From Candidatus Woesearchaeota archaeon (lineage in GTDB: Archaea > Nanobdellota > Nanobdellia > Woesearchaeales > UBA11576): DNA of 64,000 bases. A program made the translations under genes and the position numbers. This document shows, piece after piece, positions 7,705 through 16,430 of this stretch (position 1 is its first letter; each line of letters begins with the position of its first letter). The notes below the pieces were generated by a model. It did not search any database and was not told where the DNA came from. It worked only from the letters and a program-made list of their open reading frames with translations. Location: assembly GCA_018675335.1 (NCBI GenBank), contig JABGYH010000007.1, positions 468,986-532,985 on the forward strand. Reading direction: 5' to 3'.

Positions 7705-10674
7705 ATGAATAAAAAACAAAATGTTAAAAAATTGAAATCAATTTTTTTAGTTTTAACTTTAATTACTTTGTTAAGTTTAAGTTCTAGTTTTGTTTTTTCA
7801 GAAGAGGTTGCAGGAATTGATTTATGTTCTACTGCCAAAATTGCATTACTTGGAGATTCAATAACAAATTCAGCAGGGACTGCAGGGTGGGGTAATGAAC
7901 TTAGAAAATTATGCAATAATAATCCAATAAATTATGCTCACGGTGGAAAATTAACTATTTGGATGTTACAAAGATTAAAAGGAGAAAAGGATGACTCAAG
8001 CCCATATATTTCTGGAAAAATACTTGGTCAAGGTTATCAATACTTGATAGTAAAAGGAGGCACTAATGATATATCTTCGTCAAGATCTTTTGAACATATC
8101 ACAAATAATCTAGCTCAAATTTATTCGATTGCAAAGCAAGATGGAATAAAAGTAATCGCTGGAACTATTTCACCATATAATAAAGAACAAAATCCTGAAC
8201 GAAATGAATTAGTAAAACAAGTTAATAGTTGGATCAAACAACAACACTCAGAAGGAAAAATTGATGGAGTAATTGATTTTTATCAATTTCTTGTAGGAAC
8301 AGAACCATGTATGAATTCACAATATGCATCATCCTGTAATAATGTTCATCCTAATACTGCAGGATATAAAGCCATGGCTGAGAAAGTTAAATCAGAATTA
8401 TTTGGGTCTGGATCTGATGGTTCAATTAGTGCCACGCAAACTACGTCCATAAATTTAGGTGAGGGAGTAAAAATACTTCATATTGGAGATAGTCATAGTG
8501 CACAAACCTATGGAAAAGAACTTGCAGCTCAATTAAGAAGTGGTGGTGCTACGGTTAGACATTATGGGCAATGTGGATCAAGACCTTCTTGGTGGTTAGA
8601 AAAAGATTCTACTAAAAATGCAAATTCAGGAGTTTCTGGGCATGCAACAACTTGTGGTTCATTATTTATTTTAGAAGATGGCAAAAAAAATCTTGTAAAA
8701 ACAAGAGCCACCCCATTATTACCTAATTTAATGTCAGAGTTTAAACCAGATTATGTTGCAGTATCACTAGGTGCAAACTTACACGGATTTGTAAATAAAA
8801 AATCAGGAGATGAATGGTTTGTTACAAAAGCATCAAGACTAATGGCAGAACAAATAGTTGCAGCAGGTTCTAAATGTATTTGGATAGGAGTTCCACAAGG
8901 ACCTAATAAAGTTCATTTAGAAAATTTGTATGAACGGATTAAAGCAGGAGTTGGGGATAAATGCACATTTATTGATTCTCGACCACACTCTAATTTTGAT
9001 TTTTGTGGAAATGGGAAATCTTGTTGTTGTAGTGCGAATGTTCATTTTGATGCTCACGGCGCTGCAGGAAAAAATGCAGGTGCAAAATGGGCTCGTGCAA
9101 TATACGCAGAAATAAAAAAATCAGGAGTTTCAATGCCAACTCAAGTTGCAACTCAATCTTTAGTTCCAACTCAAGTAGTTCAAAAAGGGCCGCCTCCAAA
9201 ACCTGCATATTACAATTTTCAATTTTTTCCAATGGGATCTAAAACAACAGTTATTGGTCTTGCAAAAAGTCATTGGGGTCCGACACTTGTAAAACAAGAT
9301 TTAGCAAAAGACTGGGCAGATCTTTTTGGTGGGACTATTTTAGAAAGTAGTGCTGAAAATGCTTTAAGCATAAAATCTGATGTTTCACAAGATTTGAATA
9401 TGAATTTTAATCTTGTTGATGGAATATCTGTTAATACACCTGATTATGGTCAAATGACTTTAAATCCAACACAACAATGTCCGTCAGATATTTGTGAATG
9501 GGACCCAATGGAAAAAGGATTTAGTCGAGATAATATAGATGGACTTGTAATTCATTGTACTGTTGGAGGATCAGCAAAATCAACTGCAAATACTTTCAAA
9601 AAAAGAATGGCAGATCGTCTTAAAGAAAAGCCAGGTAAAAGATATAGTGGAGGAACACAATATGTTTTTGGACGTGATGGAAAATATATTCAACAAGTAA
9701 AAGAAGAAATGGGTCTTTATCATACTAGTGATTCTAAACGAGATAAAACAAATATTGGAATTGAAGTTGCAAATTCTGAAAGTTTATGTAAACAAGTTTG
9801 TACTGGGGGTGTATGTAAACCTGACGCTTGTCAAAAACCAAATGTTCCAACAGGCATTCCAGAATACAATTATTGGAAAAGTAAATCAACTAAATATTTA
9901 GAAACATATAGTGAAACTCAACTCAAAGCATTAGTAAAATTAAGTGCTGAAATTTTCTTAAGACAAAATTTGAAAATTGATGGACTCATAAGACATCTCG
10001 ATGTTACTATGAGTGGAAAAGGAACACATACTGATCCGGGACCTCATTTCCCTTGGGACAAATTCAAAAAAAATGTTTTAGCTGCAGTAAATGAATATAA
10101 AAAACAAGCAGGAAATGGTGCAGTTTCTGAAGGGGCAAGTAGTGGTAGTTTAACAAGTGCTCAAACAGGAGGAATTATTCCTGCAAATCCTGAAGGAAAT
10201 CATGATCCTGTGCCTCAAGTTTATACAAAATATAAACAATTAGAATCCGTTTATGGAACTACTGAATCAGGGATTAAATCTCAGTTAGTTAGTATTGATT
10301 TTATGGGGCGAAAAGTTCCTGTTCATAAAAACGCAAAAAAAGCATTTGAATATGTACTCGCAGATATTAAACAATGTCCTGAAGCACAAAGTTATCCTTA
10401 CTGGAGCACTGTTTGGACACACAATTATCGTTGTGTACTTCATAAAGGAACTCCTCCAAATTGTGACATTGGACTAAGTGCTCACAGTTTTGGAACTGCA
10501 ATTGATATAAATCCTAAAGGTAATCCCTATTCCAAAACAAAATTAGTTTATGATATTCCTCCTTGCGTTATTGGTGCATTTAAACGATATGGTTTTAGAT
10601 GGGGGGGAGATTGGAAAACTGCAAAAGATGCAATGCATTTTGAGTTTATGGGAAATCCTGCAAGTTTGGCTTGA
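7705..10674 (+). CDS. Secreted four-domain cell-wall hydrolase: SGNH esterase, second SGNH-like domain, Amidase_2, peptidase M15 (VanY/Hedgehog-type)
   Basis: Signal peptide KKLKSIFLVLTLITLLSLSSSFVFS. SGNH blocks are IALLGDSITNS, KGGTNDI and VHPNTAGYKAMA. Second domain has ILHIGDSHSAQ...VHFDAHGAAG. Amidase_2 signatures are LVIHCTVGG, NIGIEVAN and RHLDV...THTDPGPHFPW. M15 Zn motif is SAHSFGTAIDINP (H-x6-D, His codon at 10483) plus DAMHFEF (His codon at 10636). Confidence 0.85.
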   Translation: MNKKQNVKKLKSIFLVLTLITLLSLSSSFVFSEEVAGIDLCSTAKIALLGDSITNSAGTAGWGNELRKLCNNNPINYAHGGKLTIWMLQRLKGEKDDSSPYISGKILGQGYQYLIVKGGTNDISSSRSFEHITNNLAQIYSIAKQDGIKVIAGTISPYNKEQNPERNELVKQVNSWIKQQHSEGKIDGVIDFYQFLVGTEPCMNSQYASSCNNVHPNTAGYKAMAEKVKSELFGSGSDGSISATQTTSINLGEGVKILHIGDSHSAQTYGKELAAQLRSGGATVRHYGQCGSRPSWWLEKDSTKNANSGVSGHATTCGSLFILEDGKKNLVKTRATPLLPNLMSEFKPDYVAVSLGANLHGFVNKKSGDEWFVTKASRLMAEQIVAAGSKCIWIGVPQGPNKVHLENLYERIKAGVGDKCTFIDSRPHSNFDFCGNGKSCCCSANVHFDAHGAAGKNAGAKWARAIYAEIKKSGVSMPTQVATQSLVPTQVVQKGPPPKPAYYNFQFFPMGSKTTVIGLAKSHWGPTLVKQDLAKDWADLFGGTILESSAENALSIKSDVSQDLNMNFNLVDGISVNTPDYGQMTLNPTQQCPSDICEWDPMEKGFSRDNIDGLVIHCTVGGSAKSTANTFKKRMADRLKEKPGKRYSGGTQYVFGRDGKYIQQVKEEMGLYHTSDSKRDKTNIGIEVANSESLCKQVCTGGVCKPDACQKPNVPTGIPEYNYWKSKSTKYLETYSETQLKALVKLSAEIFLRQNLKIDGLIRHLDVTMSGKGTHTDPGPHFPWDKFKKNVLAAVNEYKKQAGNGAVSEGASSGSLTSAQTGGIIPANPEGNHDPVPQVYTKYKQLESVYGTTESGIKSQLVSIDFMGRKVPVHKNAKKAFEYVLADIKQCPEAQSYPYWSTVWTHNYRCVLHKGTPPNCDIGLSAHSFGTAIDINPKGNPYSKTKLVYDIPPCVIGAFKRYGFRWGGDWKTAKDAMHFEFMGNPASLA

Positions 10675-10721
10675 TTTTAAAATTATTATTTATTAGAATT
10701 CCAAATGAATTAAAACAAAAA

Positions 10722-12707
10722 ATGAATCAAAACAAAACATGTAAAAAATTGAAAGCGATGTTTGTATTTTTAATTGTATTAGGTTTATTTATTCAATTGA
10801 TTAGTTTATCTGTTGCAGAAGAAATTAGTGAATCTGATTTGAATAATTTTAGTGCTGATTTAATTAATTATCCTGATGATATACTTGACATAGATTATGA
10901 TTTAGGAGAAAAAATTATTTATTTTACAATAGAATCAAATTCAGGAAAAATTAATATTGGAGATTTATTTATTTTTAATAAAGACTATACTCTTCCTGAT
11001 TATTCTGAAGATTTAGAATTAAAATATTTAGTTGAATTCTATGATTTTTATGGAACTCTTTTATCTTCTGAAGAAACATCTGAAATTTATGTTGGTGTTA
11101 TGAATCCTGCAACAGAAAAAATTGTAATAAAAAAAGATCAAATAATAGTTTATGAACATAGTTTTGACGTAAACATTCAAAAATTAAACTCGATTTCAAA
11201 TAATCTCGAAAAATATATTTTTATTGAATCAGTATTAACTGATGATGATGTAAAATTTAACAAAGCATATGTTATTGAAGATAATTCGTTTTATTCAGGA
11301 CTTTTTTTGAAACATTCAGGACCTCTCGATTATGAAAAAGTATACTTAGTATTATCTTCTTCAGATAATCCTTCAGTATTTGAATTGGAATATGATTATT
11401 TAGCATTTCAATATGATGTTGAGGATATCCAAACATTAGATCCTGAACTCAAACCTGATGATTCATTTTTACCTTTACTCAATTCAGAAAAAAAGAAAAA
11501 ACTTATTAAAATTGAAATGGACGCTAAAGACGATTATGAACTATTATTATTTAATTCGTTAACAAAATTATTACAAATTTATCAACCTAATTTATGGGGG
11601 TTTGATGAACTAATGTATCAGAGATCTATTGATTTTTGTGATGGTGATGGGATTTGCGAGCCTTGCTTTAGTGATGATTGTTTAGTTTCTGAAACTTTCG
11701 CATCTTGCGGGGATTGTAGTTCTGGAAGTTTAGATAATTATTGCGATTTAAGATCTGATGGGGTTTGTGATCCTGATTGCGAAGGCTATGATTTAGATTG
11801 TGGATTTTGTGAAAAAGATCGGGGCTGTTTATTATCTTCTAAATCATTTGAAGAAATAAGTTGTGACACTATTGGTGGATTTAATTGTTTAACTGATATG
11901 AGTTGTTATGACGGATTAGTTGTTGACACACTCGATTCGGGAATTTGTTGCGTTGGTGGTTTTTGTCAAGCAGACTATTATGGTGCTTTATATGATTTTG
12001 AATCGGAACCTGAGTTTGATATTGAATATGATGAAAAGGGAGTTGTTCAAATATTTAAACCAACAATTGTTGACTTGGATAATTCTCAATTAGCTAACTC
12101 TTTGTCACCATTACCTTTTGAACAAAATATTAATTTATTATCTGCAGAAGCTGCAGAACAAAAAATAATGGAAGATTTTAGTACTATTGATTTTGAAATT
12201 TCAAAAACTGGAGAAGCAGTACCTAAAGAAATAGTTGAGTTAGAAGAAAGCGAAAAAGAATTTGAAAAATCAATGCAACAAGATTTTGAACAAACAAGTC
12301 AAGAAATAAATTCACCACTAAAACCATATTCATTTTTGTTTATATTTATTTTAATTATAGTTGTTATTTTAATTGTGTTTGCGTTTATTGTATCTTTTGT
12401 TAGAAATTCAAAAAAACAAATACCTCTAACTAAAGAGTATAATTCTAAACAATTTGCGCAACCAACCACTCAAGTAAATCAAAGATCAACTCAACAATTT
12501 GCGCAACCAACTAATAAGTTATCTGCACAAAATCAACCTGCCTACTATGATTTACAAAAAATAATAACTGACATGGTGAAAAGAAGATATAATTATTCTC
12601 AAATAAAACAAATATTAATTAAAAAAGGATACTTATCTTCAAATGTAGATTCAGAAATAAGAAAACACTATTCCAATTTTACTCAAAAATATGGTGTGAG
12701 AAAATAA
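10722..12707 (+). CDS. Cys-rich surface protein with signal peptide, C-terminal TM anchor and short cytoplasmic tail
   Basis: ATG 10722 yields a canonical signal peptide (KKLKAMFVFLIVLGLFIQLISLSVA/EE), whereas TTG 10671 overlaps the upstream stop. Cys-rich core is CDGDGICEPCFSDDC...CDPDCEGYDLDCGFC. TM segment is YSFLFIFILIIVVILIVFAFIV. The tail contains a QFAQPT repeat. Confidence 0.65.
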   Translation: MNQNKTCKKLKAMFVFLIVLGLFIQLISLSVAEEISESDLNNFSADLINYPDDILDIDYDLGEKIIYFTIESNSGKINIGDLFIFNKDYTLPDYSEDLELKYLVEFYDFYGTLLSSEETSEIYVGVMNPATEKIVIKKDQIIVYEHSFDVNIQKLNSISNNLEKYIFIESVLTDDDVKFNKAYVIEDNSFYSGLFLKHSGPLDYEKVYLVLSSSDNPSVFELEYDYLAFQYDVEDIQTLDPELKPDDSFLPLLNSEKKKKLIKIEMDAKDDYELLLFNSLTKLLQIYQPNLWGFDELMYQRSIDFCDGDGICEPCFSDDCLVSETFASCGDCSSGSLDNYCDLRSDGVCDPDCEGYDLDCGFCEKDRGCLLSSKSFEEISCDTIGGFNCLTDMSCYDGLVVDTLDSGICCVGGFCQADYYGALYDFESEPEFDIEYDEKGVVQIFKPTIVDLDNSQLANSLSPLPFEQNINLLSAEAAEQKIMEDFSTIDFEISKTGEAVPKEIVELEESEKEFEKSMQQDFEQTSQEINSPLKPYSFLFIFILIIVVILIVFAFIVSFVRNSKKQIPLTKEYNSKQFAQPTTQVNQRSTQQFAQPTNKLSAQNQPAYYDLQKIITDMVKRRYNYSQIKQILIKKGYLSSNVDSEIRKHYSNFTQKYGVRK

Positions 12708-12710
12708 AAA

Positions 12711-15700
12711 TTGAAAACTATGGTTTATGCAAATAATAAAAGTAAAAACAAGAATAAGTTTAGAATGAATTTATTAGTTTTAACTATCTTGTTTATATTT
12801 TTAGTATCATTAGTTTCTGTTCAAGCAATAACTTATGCACAACATTCGCCAAAATGGAAACCTGAATGGAATGATTACATTGCCGAAGGAATTGACACAA
12901 AAGCACCCAAGTTACTTGATGAAACTTTTTTACCGCCAGATGCTTTTGAAATATGTCCTGGATTAAAAGGATCGAGCACAGATCAAAAAAAAGCATTTTG
13001 GGCATTATTTTTCGCATCATTTGCTAAATTTGAATCAGGATTTAATCCTGGAACTACATTTGACGAAAAAGCACTATCTCAAAAATACGGAAAAGAAATA
13101 ATTAGTGAAGGCCTCTTGCAATTAAGTTATGGTGATGGAAAAAATCATCCTCCTTGTGAAATAAGTAAAGCAAAACAAAATGTTCAAGATCCAAAAGTAA
13201 ATCTTCAATGTGGCACAGTAATTATGAAAAATCAAATAATTAAAAAAGGAGTTTTATTTCCTGATGGTAAACATTATTATTGGTCAGTTCTAACAAAAAA
13301 TAGGGCTAATGGTGTTGAAACATACAAAAAAGTTCAAGATTATTTTTTAAAATATGCCCCTCAATTAGGTTTTTGTGGGGAGGGGGATGTAAGTTCTGCT
13401 AGTTCTCAATCAAGTTGTCAACTAACAACCAATGCACAACCAAATGAATTTAAAAATATGTTAATTTTAGGAAATGTTGAAGAGTCAGTTCGAGTTAAAC
13501 GAATTAATGGCGCATATGAATTAATGCAAAAAGGCAATTATGAAAATATTATAGTTTCTGGAGGGTGTGGTGCACATAAATCTGCAAAAGACAATTGTGA
13601 ATCAGTACACATGGCGAAATTATTAGAACAAAAAGGAGTTTCTTCCGATAAGATATATCAAGAAGGAAAATCTGGAAGCACAAATTCTAATTATAAAAAT
13701 TCCATAAAATTAACTAAACCTGATGGTTCTTTAGTTTTTAAACCAGGAGAAAAAACAGTTGTTGTCTCAAATCATCCGCATGCAAAATCAGTTGCATATT
13801 GTTTAAGATATGTTAATAAAATTGATGCATATTATTATATTGTGGGTGAATCATCTGTTCCTATGATAGTTCCAGAGGATTCTAAAGTAAATTATGCAGG
13901 AATGGTTACTAGTTGTATGCTTTCAAAAAAAGAAGTCGAATGTGCTTCTGCAGTAGAAGGTTCAGGCGTTGTTTCACAAACTCCTCCTTCAAGTATATCA
14001 CAATCAGGAGTATTTGTTCCACAAATATCCTACTTACCAACATTTTCTAGTACTTTTCGTAAAACTGATTATTCATTTAATCCTTCATTTAGACTTGATG
14101 TCGCTTACGATTTTGAAATATATAATAAAATAGTTGAGCAAGTAAAAGAATTGAAGCGATGTAAGGGAGACGTTGATTGCGTTGAAGAAGAATTAAAACA
14201 AAGATCAAATAATTTGTGGATGGGAAAAATATTTTCAGATGTTCAAAAAGCAACTGGTGGAGACGAACTTTTTTCATTTTGGATGGGAAAACACGCAGGG
14301 CGAATAGTAAATGAAGAAACTAAAACTCTTGAAAATTCTATAGGAATTGATGTTGGAGAAGTTCCTGAATGGAATTTATATTGTGAAAATCCTGCAGAAG
14401 ATGCAGTAAGTTCAATTGCAGAATTTATTGATGATTGTGCACGAGTAAAAGATACAAATTGTTATTGTGAATTTGAAACCCCTGAACGATTTGTTAATTT
14501 ATTTATTGATTTTGATGTTAGACTTAATTCTAATCCTAGTTCAAAAAATGTTGTTATAAGTTTACCTGAACCTCTCGAAGTCGATCAAAGTATTTACTCA
14601 GGAGAATATGGTTTGTTTGGGAGTAGTTTATTTGGAGATAAGTATAAATTTAATTCAAAATCATTTGAAGTTTCTGATGCGCTACTTTATACTGTTCGAG
14701 ATAATAGTCTTATGACTGATGCGTTAGATTTTGTAACTATGCAAGATACGCCCGAAGGAAAATTTTTAGTTGGTAATTTTGATTTTGAGCTTGATGAATA
14801 CAGTTCAATATATTTAACAAAAAATTCTTCTGAAATTGATATGGGACTTTATTTTGATGTTCCTGATTCTAGCATGAAACAATGTGATATGGAACAAACA
14901 CCAATGAGATTTTTTAAATTCTGTGTTAAATCATTTTCTACATTTTACGCATTTGATCCGCAAAAGAAAAAATTAGAAGAAAAAGACGTTGTAATAAAAT
15001 TTGCAGAAATATTTAGGACATCACTTCCTGAAGTACAAAATTTTAAAGCAATGAGTTTATACGGATTTGAAGGTGGAACCTGGGTTATGTGGGATGAAAT
15101 TACTGAAGGGGACATGGATTCATATCAGATTTTTGTTTTGGATCCGTCCAAATCAGGAAAGATAAGTAAAATATCTCCTGAAGAAGCACTAGTAAAACAA
15201 TTTAGTGGAGACTTAGGAGATGTCAAATTAGAAAAAATAGATGTTAGTAGTTCTGAAGAGATACAATCAATTGATTTAACTCGATTTATATGTTCCGATG
15301 CAACTGACACTTGTACCATTTCTTACGAAGGAGAATCCGAACAGGGATCTGCAATTGAATTATTACCTGAACAATTATACTATGTTAAACAAGGACATTA
15401 TTATCTTTATTTTATTCCGGAACTTGAAATTGGAAAAAATTATTGGATGGGAATATATGGGGTTGATGTTGATGATTATAAATCTCCTGCAATTACTGGA
15501 ATAACTGCCAAATCTGAAGATAAATTACCTCCTGCAATTGTAAATTTAGAAGTTGAGGAAGTCACATTTAAAGAAGAAGAAGCGGGAACTGTAAGATTCT
15601 TTGTAACTGAAATTCCTTCATATAATTTAGATGGGACTGAACTGAACTTTACTGAAATATCTCGAATTGATTTATTTTGTGCAAATACTGCAACACCTCA

Positions 15701-15917
15701 AATTGGTTCTAATTTAGCTGAACAAAAAATAGTAAGTTTGGGTGCACTACCCTTCCCAGTTTTAGAAGTTACACATCCATTCTCCGCATTAAAAACTTGT
15801 CCAAAAGATTTAGATCAAACATCTCATTTTTTTGCAATTGCTGTTGATAAATCAGGAAATTCATTTAAAGGAGAATTTCCAACAGATTATACTTATCCTC
15901 TCTTCTTTAGTGAATGA
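12711..15917 (+). CDS. Exported lytic transglycosylase (SLT-like) plus DUF218/YdcF-like domain protein with a large C-terminal region of unknown function
   Basis: SLT signatures are FAKFESGFNP (Glu codon at 13032) and EGLLQLSYGDG. A DUF218-like segment is IIVSGGCGAHKS...YQEGKSGSTNSNYKNS. N-terminal anchor is FRMNLLVLTILFIFLVSLVSVQA. The C-terminal end carries FN3-like AVDKSGN. Start is TTG 12711 or ATG 12720. Confidence 0.75.
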   Translation: MKTMVYANNKSKNKNKFRMNLLVLTILFIFLVSLVSVQAITYAQHSPKWKPEWNDYIAEGIDTKAPKLLDETFLPPDAFEICPGLKGSSTDQKKAFWALFFASFAKFESGFNPGTTFDEKALSQKYGKEIISEGLLQLSYGDGKNHPPCEISKAKQNVQDPKVNLQCGTVIMKNQIIKKGVLFPDGKHYYWSVLTKNRANGVETYKKVQDYFLKYAPQLGFCGEGDVSSASSQSSCQLTTNAQPNEFKNMLILGNVEESVRVKRINGAYELMQKGNYENIIVSGGCGAHKSAKDNCESVHMAKLLEQKGVSSDKIYQEGKSGSTNSNYKNSIKLTKPDGSLVFKPGEKTVVVSNHPHAKSVAYCLRYVNKIDAYYYIVGESSVPMIVPEDSKVNYAGMVTSCMLSKKEVECASAVEGSGVVSQTPPSSISQSGVFVPQISYLPTFSSTFRKTDYSFNPSFRLDVAYDFEIYNKIVEQVKELKRCKGDVDCVEEELKQRSNNLWMGKIFSDVQKATGGDELFSFWMGKHAGRIVNEETKTLENSIGIDVGEVPEWNLYCENPAEDAVSSIAEFIDDCARVKDTNCYCEFETPERFVNLFIDFDVRLNSNPSSKNVVISLPEPLEVDQSIYSGEYGLFGSSLFGDKYKFNSKSFEVSDALLYTVRDNSLMTDALDFVTMQDTPEGKFLVGNFDFELDEYSSIYLTKNSSEIDMGLYFDVPDSSMKQCDMEQTPMRFFKFCVKSFSTFYAFDPQKKKLEEKDVVIKFAEIFRTSLPEVQNFKAMSLYGFEGGTWVMWDEITEGDMDSYQIFVLDPSKSGKISKISPEEALVKQFSGDLGDVKLEKIDVSSSEEIQSIDLTRFICSDATDTCTISYEGESEQGSAIELLPEQLYYVKQGHYYLYFIPELEIGKNYWMGIYGVDVDDYKSPAITGITAKSEDKLPPAIVNLEVEEVTFKEEEAGTVRFFVTEIPSYNLDGTELNFTEISRIDLFCANTATPQIGSNLAEQKIVSLGALPFPVLEVTHPFSALKTCPKDLDQTSHFFAIAVDKSGNSFKGEFPTDYTYPLFFSE

Positions 15918-16015
15918 TTTTAATTGAAAATTAATTTTAATTAGTTTTAATTATTTTTGAATTGATTCTACAGTTTAATTATTCTTATAATATTGTTTTC
16001 ATTTCTTTTTTTTTT

Positions 16016-16285
16016 ATGGTAAATCATCCAAGACAAGTTAAAGGATTTAATGGGTCATTAGATGAATTAGCTTGCGCCATAGGTAATATGACTTATGATC
16101 AAACAGCGGAGGTTATAGGAAAACTTGCAGATGATTTGAAAAGACAAGCAGATGCAGATCATGCTAGGGGAAGAGTTAAACTAGCAACTGAATTATATGC
16201 TACTGCAGAAAGATTATATTCCTCGCGCGATAGGATGAATGCTGCATGGACAATATGTATTCCTTACATGAATGATTCGAAATAA
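16016..16285 (+). CDS. Small hypothetical helical protein
   Basis: ATG 16016 lies within ORF 15962-16285. The product MVNHPRQVKGF...RGRVKLATELYATAERLY has no recognised family. Confidence 0.45.
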   Translation: MVNHPRQVKGFNGSLDELACAIGNMTYDQTAEVIGKLADDLKRQADADHARGRVKLATELYATAERLYSSRDRMNAAWTICIPYMNDSK

Positions 16286-16430
16286 GTTTCATTTTATTTT
16301 TAAACTTTAAAAAGAAATCAACAGTTTTTTAAAGATCTATTTTTAACGTAACTATAGTGTATTGTCCTAACTCAATATTGGATAATCATAATAAATAATC
16401 ATATTAAATAATAAACTCGGGTGGTAATTA

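Noticed and set aside
422-15917. Prophage lysis cassette or bacterial contamination as the source of the PG-hydrolase genes
   Set aside because: I saw no capsid, terminase, portal, holin or integrase genes. All products carry Sec-type anchors rather than an endolysin layout. Base composition, gene packing and the GGGTGA SD match the archaeal housekeeping part. Misassembly cannot be excluded without read data and remains the main caveat.
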